Positions 39,728 to 49,644 are shown, numbered from the stretch's first letter. The stretch is 64,000 nucleotides of DNA from Candidatus Heimdallarchaeota archaeon (GCA_016839945.1 JAEOTE010000007.1:64001-128000); one strand, 5' to 3'. Notes: a model not told the origin generated them from the sequence alone. Numbers and translations: made by a program.

Positions 39728-40843
39728 ATGTCAAAAAAAGAAGAACCACCTAAAACAAAAAAAGAGAAAACTACTCCAACAAAGACAACAACTCCTAAAA
39801 AAGAAAAAGAAAAAGAACCTGAAGATTGGATAGCAGAAATTATTCCTAAAAAAACAAAACCAAGAGCATCCAAACCGAAACAAGAGGACATTGTTGATGT
39901 AGCTGTAAATCAAATACCAGGAATAGGTCCAGCTGTATCTGAAAAACTGCTGTCGGCAGGATATATTACTTTAGCAGCTGTTGCTCATGCATCACCTTAT
40001 GAGCTAGTTGAGCATTGTGAAATAGGAGAGCAAACCGCAAAGAGATTGATTACTGCAGCTAGAAGTCAAATTGGGATTGGATTCAAGAATGCTAAAGAAC
40101 TCTTAGTATCACGACAGAAACTTGAAAAAATATCAACAGGGAGTAAAGCATTAGATACACTACTTGCAGGAGGAATAGAAACAAGTTCTCTAACTGAAAT
40201 GTCAGGTGAGTTTAGAACTGGAAAGACACAAATCTGTTTTCAACTCTGTGTTATAACAGCTATGAGTAAAAAACTAGGTGGTTTAGAATCAGGTGTAATC
40301 TTCATAGATACTGAAGGGACATTTCGACCAGAAAGGATACTGCAAATATGTACTAGGTTTGGAGCTGATCCAGAAGAAGTACTAAATAGAATCAGTGTAG
40401 GAAGGGCATACAACTCAGATCACCAAATGGTACTAGTATTAGAAAGTCCAAGACTGATAAAGGATAACAACGTAAAACTGATGATAATCGACTCTCTTAC
40501 AAGTCATTTTAGAGCCGAGTACACTGGGAGAGGATCTCTTCTCGAAAGACAACAAAAACTCAACAAATATCTACACCAATTACTTAGACTTGCAGAGGTT
40601 TATGAAATTGCAATAGTAGCAACTAATCAAGTATTATCAAAACCAGATGTTCTCTACGGTGAAACTATTTTCCCAATTGGAGGTAACATAGTTGCTCATT
40701 CTTGCACCACAAGAGTATTTCTTAGGAAAGGAAAAGGAGATAAGAGAATAGCTAGAGTTATTGATAGTCCGCACATTCCTGAGATAGAAACAGTATTTTG
40801 CATAAGCAGTGAAGGCATTGTTGACATTGAAGAAAGTGACTAG
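39728..40843 (+). CDS. radA: DNA repair and recombination protein RadA with Lys-rich N-terminal extension
   Basis: HhH N-domain IPGIGP, Walker A GEFRTGKTQ, IDTEGTFRPER, IDS, GGNIVAH. Confidence 0.93.
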   Translation: MSKKEEPPKTKKEKTTPTKTTTPKKEKEKEPEDWIAEIIPKKTKPRASKPKQEDIVDVAVNQIPGIGPAVSEKLLSAGYITLAAVAHASPYELVEHCEIGEQTAKRLITAARSQIGIGFKNAKELLVSRQKLEKISTGSKALDTLLAGGIETSSLTEMSGEFRTGKTQICFQLCVITAMSKKLGGLESGVIFIDTEGTFRPERILQICTRFGADPEEVLNRISVGRAYNSDHQMVLVLESPRLIKDNNVKLMIIDSLTSHFRAEYTGRGSLLERQQKLNKYLHQLLRLAEVYEIAIVATNQVLSKPDVLYGETIFPIGGNIVAHSCTTRVFLRKGKGDKRIARVIDSPHIPEIETVFCISSEGIVDIEESD

Positions 40844-40900
40844 GAATTTAGCAAAATTTAAGTAGATTACAAATGATGTGATTGTTAGAAAAAGTAATTC

Positions 40901-41710
40901 TTGAAACACCAGTTGGTGAACAATTTGTCAGGAGAAAATGAAGGTATATCAGTCGGTGACGCAATAAAGATTACAGAATTAGAAAACAAAGTACAGACAT
41001 TGCAAACTAAAATCGATGAGCTTGAAAGTTTGAAGAATGAGTTTGAAGAGAAAAACAGCAACCTTAATCGAGAGTTAACTGAACATAAAAGCAGACTTGA
41101 TGCTTTAAGTGATGTTGAAAATCTTAAAACTACTCTAGAGAACGAAGCTTTAACTCTTAAAGAGGAAAATTCTCAATTAAAAGAAGCCAAAGAAAGCAAT
41201 GAAAATGAGATTCAACAACTCAAAAATGAAGTTATGAGAAAAGATACTGAAATGGCTAATGTTAAAAGAGATTTAGATACAAAGAGTGAAGAGCATCAAG
41301 ATAAACAAAATACAATCGATAAGCTCAGAGAAAATGTTACAGAAATAGAAAGTGCTAAAACTGAATTAGAAGCACAAACAGAACAACTAAGGGATGAAAA
41401 AGCTACACTTGAGAATAAATATAATGAACTTTTAGCAGATTCCTCAAGACTTGAGCAGATTAAGAACGATCTTAGACAAAAAGAAGAAGCTCTAAAAAGA
41501 TTCCAAATAATAGCTGAATCAGATCCTTCCTATAGTTGGCTTTCAACTCTAGAACAATACAAAGTAATAGAGTTAAAACGTTTAGCAATGTCAACTGGAT
41601 CATCAACACATGCGATTCTTAGATATGTCCAAATGCTTGAAGCAGCTGGACTTGTTGATATTGAAATGCATGGAAAGGATGACCCAAATCCAACAATAAA
41701 ACTCAAATAA
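40901..41710 (+). CDS. Long coiled-coil protein with C-terminal winged-helix-like domain
   Basis: About 180 aa of heptads, then LKRLAMSTGSS..LEAAGLVDI; start codon uncertain. Confidence 0.65.
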   Translation: MKHQLVNNLSGENEGISVGDAIKITELENKVQTLQTKIDELESLKNEFEEKNSNLNRELTEHKSRLDALSDVENLKTTLENEALTLKEENSQLKEAKESNENEIQQLKNEVMRKDTEMANVKRDLDTKSEEHQDKQNTIDKLRENVTEIESAKTELEAQTEQLRDEKATLENKYNELLADSSRLEQIKNDLRQKEEALKRFQIIAESDPSYSWLSTLEQYKVIELKRLAMSTGSSTHAILRYVQMLEAAGLVDIEMHGKDDPNPTIKLK

Positions 41711-41824
41711 ATAAATTATTCAAATCTTTTTTTTCTATTTTTTATGAATACCATTAATAGTTTTATTTAATGTATTCTAGATAACTTTATTAGAATCAGT
41801 TGTGATAAATTTTTAGCGATTAGA

Positions 41825-41980
41825 ATGGTAAATGAAACTAAAATAAAAGTAAATGGTGAAGAAGTTCCTTTAAATCAATTTGTTATTAAAATCACATCTA
41901 AGCTGGTTTTAGCTATTGTTGAATCACTTAAAGGATTAGAAGAGGATATCAAAGAAGTTCAAATAAATGTAAAATACTAA
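41825..41980 (+). CDS. 51-aa small protein absent from the ORF track
   Basis: Own translation MVNETKIKVNGEEVPLNQFVIKITSKLVLAIVESLKGLEEDIKEVQINVKY; VNG..PLN.FV..SLKG recalls a domain found at the C-terminus of MobB-like proteins. Confidence 0.75.
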   Translation: MVNETKIKVNGEEVPLNQFVIKITSKLVLAIVESLKGLEEDIKEVQINVKY

Positions 41981-42041
41981 GAGTATCTGATTCTTAACCT
42001 TGCTAATAAACTTTAAAACTAACTTGTTGATTTCTCTTCCT

Positions 42042-42989
42042 ATGAATTCCAATCAATTTTCAAGAAAGGAGATTATACTTTCATACATTACAATTCTAAG
42101 ATTGGTTAATGGTTTAGTTGCAGGTACAGCAGCAGCTTTTGGAATTGTATTGTCTCTACCTTTAGGAGTAAAAGTAGATTACCTTACATTAGCCTTAGTT
42201 GTTATAGGAACAATATTCGTATCTTCACAAGCTATGATATTTAATGATATTTCAGATAGAGAAGAAGATAAAATAAATTCTCCACACAGACCATTACCTT
42301 CAGGGAAAATTTCTGTAAAAACAGCCAAGATTTATGGAATTATTTTCGTGGTTCTTGCGTTACTTACAGCTGTAGCGATTGATATAATTAATCCAGAATT
42401 ATATGGATTAACTGTAATTACTGCAATACTCTTTGGTGGTTCATTAGATCTCTACAACATTAAATTGAAAAAGATGGGATTCTGGGGAAACCTTACTATT
42501 GGAATTAATGTAGTAGCTCTTTTTGCATATGGTTCAATTCATACTTTTCTTATTCATACAGGAATTGGTTTACCATGGATTCCAATTGTGGTTGGGGCTT
42601 GTGCTGGGTCCGGAAATGTTGGTAGGGAAGTAATAAAAGGACTTCCTGATATCGAAGGAGATAGAGAAGCAGGTGTAAGAACAATTGCTGTTAAGTATGG
42701 TCCTAAGGTTACAGCAATAATAGGATCACTTTTTCTTTGGGGTTTAATCTCGGGAGCACTAATCGCTGCAATCCTACCAATGTTTGTAGAAACAACACCC
42801 CCTCTTTACTTAGCAAGTCAGATAATAGTTTATCTAATCGCCATATTAGCAACATTTCTAGCTATAGCAATACTATTTAACCAGAAACCCAAGTGGGCTT
42901 ACACTACTAAGGAGATACTATTGTTTGTTTTCTTAGCTTTCTTACTTGTATTTATCATTGATAAGATTGTAAGACTAGCTCTAGGTTAG
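42042..42989 (+). CDS. UbiA-family prenyltransferase, digeranylgeranylglyceryl-phosphate synthase-like
   Basis: NDISDREEDKINSPHRPLPSG, REVIKGLPDIEGD; multi-TM; start moved to ATG 42042. Confidence 0.85.
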   Translation: MNSNQFSRKEIILSYITILRLVNGLVAGTAAAFGIVLSLPLGVKVDYLTLALVVIGTIFVSSQAMIFNDISDREEDKINSPHRPLPSGKISVKTAKIYGIIFVVLALLTAVAIDIINPELYGLTVITAILFGGSLDLYNIKLKKMGFWGNLTIGINVVALFAYGSIHTFLIHTGIGLPWIPIVVGACAGSGNVGREVIKGLPDIEGDREAGVRTIAVKYGPKVTAIIGSLFLWGLISGALIAAILPMFVETTPPLYLASQIIVYLIAILATFLAIAILFNQKPKWAYTTKEILLFVFLAFLLVFIIDKIVRLALG

Positions 42990-42994
42990 CAAAC

Positions 42995-43273
42995 TTATCT
43001 CTTTCTTATAACTTGATATACTAAAGGATTAAATGCATCTGGACACGCATGAGTAGATACATCTTTATCTTCTAACCAAGGAAATTCAGCTCCATAAGCC
43101 ATTGCAAATACTTTTGGCAAAACTGAATATAGAGCATGTAAACACACTTTCCCTTTAATTTCATTAGTGTCAAAATTTAGAACAATTTCGTCACCAACTT
43201 TGTGGTCAGCAGCACAGTTTCCTTCTTGACTTATTACTTTCAGAATTATTTCAAATGCCATGAAATTGCTCAA
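42995..43273 (-). CDS. TIGR04076-family small Cys protein
   Basis: GNC..HKVGD, CLHA, CPD pattern. Confidence 0.75.
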   Translation of the reverse strand: MSNFMAFEIILKVISQEGNCAADHKVGDEIVLNFDTNEIKGKVCLHALYSVLPKVFAMAYGAEFPWLEDKDVSTHACPDAFNPLVYQVIRKR

Positions 43274-43312
43274 ACTTCTAAATTTAAATACTTTATTCTT
43301 TTATAATAGAAT

Positions 43313-44389
43313 ATGAATGGGAAGTATGTGTATGATATTATCATTGAAGGAAACAATCTTACAGCTACAACTCTTGCATACTTTCTATCACTTAACTACA
43401 AAAACAAATCAATTGCTTTAATACAAAGAGAAGATGTACCAAATCGTTCATTCTTTACACCTAATATAGTTGCACCAGTTTTTGAATTATCTGATGAATT
43501 TATGAGTAGTGTTTTCAAAAGTAGTAAAGAAAAGCTAATAGAAGTGCATTCTATTTCAGGACATTTTGAATACTCTCAACTTTCACTAATTCTATTATAC
43601 AAAGAATTGGAAACGCAAGAAATAAGAAAAAATCATGAAAAAAAACTAACAAATTCTGAAATAAAGTATAAGCATTTATCACAAGAAGAGATTTCATCCT
43701 ATTATCCTTTCATCTCATCAGGAGAAGAGATTAAAATTACAGAAATCTATGAATCTTTTACCTGTTCAGATGTAAATGATTTAATGGTTGTTTTTCAAAA
43801 ATTAGCAGAGGAAAATGGAGTAGAAATAATAGGAAATGCGAGTAAGTTAAATTTCTATGAGAAAGAAGGTATTTTTGAAACGGAAGATAATGAATTTACT
43901 CCAAATGAGTTTTCAATAGTTACATCACCAGGATTTAATAGAATAAAAAGCATTGTTGACCAACAAGTTCTAAGAGTCACAACACCAATTCTTGAGAATT
44001 TTCCTAGAGTAAATCTTGTAGATGTTAGCACTCATACTCAAATGTGGTTAGAAGAATCAGGCTATTTCCAAATCTTCAGAGTTTTTAATGAGGTAGAAGA
44101 AAAGCAATGTGTTAAACAAATAAAAGATAATTTTAAAAGATTGTTTCCGTTGCTTGGAGTTTTACAAACAATTGATTCAAACTTCATAAATCTAAAAACA
44201 AATACTTCCTTAGAAGATTCTGTAGGAACTTTTGATAAGTCAAAAACATATTATTTTCATATTCCTTCTCAAATGGAATTATCAATTATTCCAAGTATAG
44301 CAGAAAGGTTTTCGATTTTACAAAAGAAAAATGAAACTGAATTTTTATCTGATATCTCGTTAAGAAAGATTCTTAGCTCAGAAAAATAA
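43313..44389 (+). CDS. Degenerate DAO-family FAD-dependent oxidoreductase-like protein
   Basis: YDIIIEGNNLTATTLAYFL matches the Rossmann start but GxGxxG is eroded; LSQEEI..YP and LAEENGVEI segments. Confidence 0.55.
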   Translation: MNGKYVYDIIIEGNNLTATTLAYFLSLNYKNKSIALIQREDVPNRSFFTPNIVAPVFELSDEFMSSVFKSSKEKLIEVHSISGHFEYSQLSLILLYKELETQEIRKNHEKKLTNSEIKYKHLSQEEISSYYPFISSGEEIKITEIYESFTCSDVNDLMVVFQKLAEENGVEIIGNASKLNFYEKEGIFETEDNEFTPNEFSIVTSPGFNRIKSIVDQQVLRVTTPILENFPRVNLVDVSTHTQMWLEESGYFQIFRVFNEVEEKQCVKQIKDNFKRLFPLLGVLQTIDSNFINLKTNTSLEDSVGTFDKSKTYYFHIPSQMELSIIPSIAERFSILQKKNETEFLSDISLRKILSSEK

Positions 44390-44398
44390 GTCAAGTTA

Positions 44399-46756
44399 TT
44401 ATTTTGAGTACTCTACTAGGAATTCATCAAATTTCATTTGTTTATCATGAAAATACCTCCTTAAAACTCTTGTATGAATCTTAAGAAGTTGTTTTGATAA
44501 ACTTGAGATTTTCTTATCTTTTGCAGCTGTTTTTATCAATACCAAAATTATTTCAGCATTTAATCCTCGAGATTTATTCGCAAAGGTTTTTCTTCCTTCA
44601 GCATTTAGTTTTTTCATTTCTTTAATAATGAATTTAGTACTTTCCTGTCCAAGATTATTCAGAGCTTTTATTCCTAGTTTATGTTCTTCCTCAACCACTT
44701 TTTTAACAGCTTCAGGAACGATAGATGTTTCTCTAGCTAATGAAAGGAGAATTACAAGTCTATCTTTAGTTTTGGTAGTTTTTATTTTACCATAGTATTT
44801 TTTCAGAGGATTAGCAGCATTTTTACCCATGTTTTTAATAACTTGCTGAAGATTGTTAAACCACCTTTCATCAGCTGTTTTTAATTTAGGAAGTATTATG
44901 TCAAGGATTTTGCTATCCATTTGACCAAGAGCTTTTATTGTGGATTTTACTAAGTTTTGATTAGGAGCTGATAATTTATCTGAAAGTTTTTTCACAATTG
45001 GAGCACCAATTTGAACTGCAGCATATACAGCTGCTTCTCTTACCAATATTTTTGGTCTTCTCATATTATCAATAATAACATCAACGACTCCTGGATCCTT
45101 TAACTCACCTAAAGCTCTTGTTGATATTTCAGCAATTGAATCATCATTATCTTTTGCTGCTCTTATTAATGTCATTAGTGCTCGTTTGTGTTTTATTTTT
45201 CTAAGAGATTCAACCGCTTTTCGTCTTAGATTTATATTTGGATCAGATAAAATTGATGAAAGAATTGGTACGGATTTTGCACCAAATTGGTTAAGAAGTT
45301 CACATGCTTTTTCTCTTATTATAGGATCGATTTCTTTCAAAGATTTCTCTAATAGTTGAAAAAGCTCATCATTTATATCTCTGAATTTACCTTTATGAAT
45401 AGCGAATGAATGCCCTAAATCTTGTAGTTCTTTTTCTGGATAATAGATGTACAAAATTGTACCTAACTTAACAACTTGAGGTAAATTAACATCCAATAAT
45501 CCATCGAGAGCCAGTTCAATGTTCTCATTACCGAAATAATGTAAAACTTCTATTGCGTTTTTTCTAAGTTGTAAATCATCTTCAGTTAATTCCTCTATTA
45601 GAACGCGAATTGAAGGTGTTCCAAGTGTGAGTAAAGCTTGTGTAACTGCTTCGATGATTGATGGATTCTTTCCTGCTAATTGTGTAGTTAATAAACGAAT
45701 TGCCCCTTCATACCCATATTTCTGGCTCATTACTAAAGTTAGACAATGAGCGGCATTTTTTCTTACATTTTTCTTCCCTTTATGAAGAGCATCCATTAAA
45801 TAATCATAGCTTTCATCACCAATTCTTTTCATAGTTTCAATAATAAAAGGTACATTTTTGTCCTCTTCAAGAGCAGTTATTAAATGGGGGAGAACACTCT
45901 CTCCAATCAGTGCTAACGATTTAGCAGCATAATATCCTGCTGGGTCACCTTTTTTGAATTGTTTAACTAAAATGGTTGTAGCCTTGGGACTCCCTAAATT
46001 ACCAAGAGCTTCGATTATAGATAGTTGAGTATCTATTGTATCATCAAAGTTAGATAATCTGTCAATGAGAATGCTAGAGTTCTTTGGATCATCAACATGC
46101 ATAAGAGCTAGAGATGCATATTTAACATGCTCTTGCTTATCTGTTTTTGAAACTAAAGTTCTAAGTTCTTTCACTATTAAATGAGTTAATTCCGGATATT
46201 TGGTTAATGTGAGTAAGGTAAGCTCTGGAAAAGTAGGATTGAATTGATTCATTCTAAAAGCTAATATCTTTTTTATGCTCTTAGGATGCTCTGATATAAA
46301 GTTAAAATCTATGAAGGTTTCTTCATAGTTCGAAAAAGAAGAATAACAAGTTCTTGCAGAAAGTTCAGCTAGAGTTGAAGAAACGGGTGTTACTGAATAT
46401 GATGCTTTGATTGAATTGAATATATCTCCAGGTTTAAGCGATGTTATAATTTCACAAAGAATTTCAAAGCTCTCTTCTTTAACTAAGTAATCTGCTAGAA
46501 GAGAGATAAAATGATCAAGCTTTTCAATAATCACTTCTCGGATTTGAGGATCAGGTTTTTTTATGTATGCTTTTAGAATCTTCTCTGTAGGAACATAGGA
46601 GGTACTGAAAAGCAGTTTGAGTGCATTTCTTCTAATAATGACATCATTGTCTACTAAAAAATCAACCAAAATATCATAATCTTTTATATTTTCTAATTTT
46701 ATTTTTTCAATCTCATCTTCCTCATGGAGAAGAAGTTTCAATTGCTCCTTATTCAA
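44399..46756 (-). CDS. HEAT/PBS-lyase repeat protein
   Basis: Many repeats such as IRRNALKLL, VRKNAAHCL, LRKNAIEVL, LRRKAVESL, VREAAVYAA. Confidence 0.9.
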   Translation of the reverse strand: MNKEQLKLLLHEEDEIEKIKLENIKDYDILVDFLVDNDVIIRRNALKLLFSTSYVPTEKILKAYIKKPDPQIREVIIEKLDHFISLLADYLVKEESFEILCEIITSLKPGDIFNSIKASYSVTPVSSTLAELSARTCYSSFSNYEETFIDFNFISEHPKSIKKILAFRMNQFNPTFPELTLLTLTKYPELTHLIVKELRTLVSKTDKQEHVKYASLALMHVDDPKNSSILIDRLSNFDDTIDTQLSIIEALGNLGSPKATTILVKQFKKGDPAGYYAAKSLALIGESVLPHLITALEEDKNVPFIIETMKRIGDESYDYLMDALHKGKKNVRKNAAHCLTLVMSQKYGYEGAIRLLTTQLAGKNPSIIEAVTQALLTLGTPSIRVLIEELTEDDLQLRKNAIEVLHYFGNENIELALDGLLDVNLPQVVKLGTILYIYYPEKELQDLGHSFAIHKGKFRDINDELFQLLEKSLKEIDPIIREKACELLNQFGAKSVPILSSILSDPNINLRRKAVESLRKIKHKRALMTLIRAAKDNDDSIAEISTRALGELKDPGVVDVIIDNMRRPKILVREAAVYAAVQIGAPIVKKLSDKLSAPNQNLVKSTIKALGQMDSKILDIILPKLKTADERWFNNLQQVIKNMGKNAANPLKKYYGKIKTTKTKDRLVILLSLARETSIVPEAVKKVVEEEHKLGIKALNNLGQESTKFIIKEMKKLNAEGRKTFANKSRGLNAEIILVLIKTAAKDKKISSLSKQLLKIHTRVLRRYFHDKQMKFDEFLVEYSK

Positions 46757-47352
46757 GGAGTCTTCCCCCTCATATCTTTCCGATATTGCAAGTAATTTAT
46801 AATCTCAGTTCCTAGTTCCTCAAAAGCATTTTGAACATTTTCCCCAGTTTTGGCAGAAGTTTCAAAATACTTTACTTTGAATCCTTTGGATCCGTAGCTA
46901 GAATTCAGTTCTTCTATGAATTTCATAACTCTCTCACTTACTGATTCCCTTCTACTTTTTGAAATAAGATCCATTTTATTCCCTAATATGAAGAAAGGTA
47001 CAATACCTCTTTCAGTTCCCTTTTCAAGTTCTTTAACCCATTTTTCTAATTTCTTTAGAGTTGTTATCTTGGTTGCATCAAACACCATTAGTGCACCTAA
47101 TGCTCCTCTATAATACATCATTCTTACTTTCTCAAAGATATCTTGACCGGCTATATCCCAGATTTGATACAAAATAGAGATGTTGTTTACCGTCTTTGGT
47201 AATGATGCAAAATCTGCTCCTATTGTTTCTAAATGATTAGTAATAAAACTCTCGCCAAGATAAGATCTTCTAAGACTTGTTTTTCCAACTGCTCCTTCTC
47301 CCGCAAGAATAACCTTCAAGTAAAGTTTCTGTCCATAACTCACATTATTCAC
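46753..47352 (-). CDS. Rab-like small GTPase
   Basis: G1 GEGAVGKTS, G2 TIGADF, G3 WDIAGQ, YYRGA, G4 GNKMD, G5 ETSAK. Confidence 0.95.
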   Translation of the reverse strand: MNNVSYGQKLYLKVILAGEGAVGKTSLRRSYLGESFITNHLETIGADFASLPKTVNNISILYQIWDIAGQDIFEKVRMMYYRGALGALMVFDATKITTLKKLEKWVKELEKGTERGIVPFFILGNKMDLISKSRRESVSERVMKFIEELNSSYGSKGFKVKYFETSAKTGENVQNAFEELGTEIINYLQYRKDMRGKTP

Positions 47353-49124
47353 GTCTTTTTATTTGATGCAATATTTCCTTCTTCATTAATTCTACCTAGT
47401 TTCTTATTTAAGAATTTAAACATTGAGGAAAGAGGAGAAAAAAGAGTAAAAATTAGTACAAAAGAACCTAGTAAAATTGTTAGAAAATAGAGAAATCCAC
47501 CATTGAGTATCAAGCCTAGATTTGGAGTTATTATCATTCCAACAATGAAATTATTTGCTACATGTAGGAAAATTGCAGCGTGTAATCCATATTTATAGAA
47601 TGCATATCCAAAAACCAATCCTGCTACAGCTGCTTGAACTATTTTCCCTTCTAACCAATTACCTGGATGATAATGGACATAACCAAAACAAAATGATGAA
47701 AATATCAGAAAAACAAAATCAAAGAATTCAAATTTTTTCCATCTTCCAGTTAAATAAAGAAGAGGATTTTTTAATTCTCTTTCAGTTAGAAATTTTGTTA
47801 ATTTCGACTTCTGCTTATTCTCTTTTCTTCTTCTTAACATTATAAATTGGACGATTTTTATACAAACAAAATATAAGCCATTGAGTACAAACAAAGGTAG
47901 TCCAAATAAGATCCATCGGTAGGTAATTTCTTCATGAAAACCAGCCCAAAATGCTCTAGACATTTCAACATAAAGCTGATCAAGATCAATAGAAATTTGT
48001 GATATAATTGGAACCCCTAGATTCATTAGAATTGTTATTAAAAGAGTTGAAAGAGCAATATTCAAGCAGAGTAAGTTTATAACCGGAATTAAATCACTCT
48101 TTTTAGCAGTGGAAATAAGTTTTGAAAATCTACTCCTTTTTGATTCAGGAATTCTTTCAACAGGGATATATCCTTCATAATTAATTTTTTGATTAAGAAT
48201 ATTGAAAGCTATGTTATCAAGTGAATCTTCTTCCAAAAATTTATCTTCTTTTGATATCTTTTCCTTTTCTTTTTTATCTTTAGGAAGATAAATTAAAAGA
48301 AATAGAATTCCAAAAAGAGCTAAAGACATAAGCGATTGAGCAAGTTTCCAGTCAACTATTATTGATTTAGGTAATTCTATAAATTTGAAGAAATCCTGCC
48401 TAAAACCTGTAGAAGGATTATAACTATATTCAAAATTTGGGAAAGTAAAAATTAAAGTTTCAACTCTACTTGATGCAGGAATAGATGGATAGATAATAAA
48501 GACAAGTAGATTGGCTAGTAATAGAGATAAGCCAATGAATAACATCATATTATTCCACTTGTTTTTAATGGAATATTCAACTTGTCTTACAGCTGATTCT
48601 ATACCAAGTTCTGGTTTGTCTGGGATTAAAACCTCTTTATAAAAAAGGAGACCAAGGTGTTTCTCTATCCCGGAATACAGGAATATTCCAACAAGTATAC
48701 TAAATAGCGATAATTGAATTAATTCTAAGAGGGTGATAGAGATATTTGTCAACACAGATATTGTATTGAGAGAGGAGAAATAAATAACTAGAGAGTATGC
48801 ACCTACTCCAAGATAGAAGGGTAAAAAGAAAAGGAATACACTCTTCAACGGTTGATCTTTCCTATCGATATCATTCTTAACAAACCATCTTCTAAAGAGC
48901 CAACCATAAATTATAAATGTTATAATTGCAAGAAAATATAACAAAATTGTGTAATAGGATATTGATGGAAAGTATGCTTTTAGTACAACATTTAAAGTAG
49001 TTAAAACACTAACAATTGTTACTATAATTAAAGAATGAAATAAAAAATTCTGAAATCTCATTAGTACCAATTGTCCTTTTTTAAGTAACGTCTCAATTCT
49101 TATCAAGTTATAGGTATTTATCAA
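47349..49124 (-). CDS. CPBP (Rce1/Abi-type) intramembrane glutamic protease with N-terminal multi-TM extension
   Basis: EEITYR, FGYVH and HVANN motifs (EExxxR, FxxxH, HxxxN); start uncertain. Confidence 0.85.
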   Translation of the reverse strand: MINTYNLIRIETLLKKGQLVLMRFQNFLFHSLIIVTIVSVLTTLNVVLKAYFPSISYYTILLYFLAIITFIIYGWLFRRWFVKNDIDRKDQPLKSVFLFFLPFYLGVGAYSLVIYFSSLNTISVLTNISITLLELIQLSLFSILVGIFLYSGIEKHLGLLFYKEVLIPDKPELGIESAVRQVEYSIKNKWNNMMLFIGLSLLLANLLVFIIYPSIPASSRVETLIFTFPNFEYSYNPSTGFRQDFFKFIELPKSIIVDWKLAQSLMSLALFGILFLLIYLPKDKKEKEKISKEDKFLEEDSLDNIAFNILNQKINYEGYIPVERIPESKRSRFSKLISTAKKSDLIPVINLLCLNIALSTLLITILMNLGVPIISQISIDLDQLYVEMSRAFWAGFHEEITYRWILFGLPLFVLNGLYFVCIKIVQFIMLRRRKENKQKSKLTKFLTERELKNPLLYLTGRWKKFEFFDFVFLIFSSFCFGYVHYHPGNWLEGKIVQAAVAGLVFGYAFYKYGLHAAIFLHVANNFIVGMIITPNLGLILNGGFLYFLTILLGSFVLIFTLFSPLSSMFKFLNKKLGRINEEGNIASNKKT

Positions 49125-49227
49125 TTTTTATTTTTCTCCTCAAACGGAAAAACTTTTAAAAGTTCTTCATGCAATTTAACAATACTCAATTTACGTACAA
49201 TTGATAACTGGTTTACAGGTGAAAAAA

Positions 49228-49644
49228 ATGAGTAAAAAAGAAACAGATGAAAAAGTAGACGCAAAAGAAGAAGTCGAAGAAGAAGTCGAAGAAGAAGTCA
49301 AAGAAGAAGTCAAAGAAGAAAAAAAAGCGACTAAAAAGGCAGCTCCTAGGAAAAAAGAAGAAAGCCAAATAATCTATATCGGAAAGAAAAATACTATTAG
49401 CTATGTGCTTGTAGCAGTAACAATATTAAACAAGAGTGATACTTGCGCTATCCAGGCAAGAGGAAGACAAATTTCAAAAGCCGTAGATGTCGCAGAAATA
49501 ACTCGAAGAAAATTCCTACAAGATATGGTTGAAGTATCAAAGGTTGAAATAGGTTCCGAAGAGCTCATGAGTGATAGGGAAGGGGAAGAGCCAACTACTA
49601 AAACTGTGTCTACAGTAGAAATAGTCCTGAAGAAAAAGAAATAG
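49228..49644 (+). CDS. albA: DNA/RNA-binding protein Alba with acidic N-terminal extension
   Basis: IYIGKK..SYV, ARGRQISKAVDVAEI, VSTVEIVL; start moved to ATG 49228. Confidence 0.92.
   Translation: MSKKETDEKVDAKEEVEEEVEEEVKEEVKEEKKATKKAAPRKKEESQIIYIGKKNTISYVLVAVTILNKSDTCAIQARGRQISKAVDVAEITRRKFLQDMVEVSKVEIGSEELMSDREGEEPTTKTVSTVEIVLKKKK
49264..49320 (+). repeat. 12-bp coding tandem repeat (RAAGAAGAAGTC, about 4.7 copies)
   Basis: Encodes [KE]EEV repeats in the Alba N-terminus. Confidence 0.9.

Noticed and set aside
46753-46790. Prenylation (CAAX/CC) signal on the GTPases
   Set aside because: Neither GTPase has a C-terminal cysteine (ends RGKTP and EKQGY)
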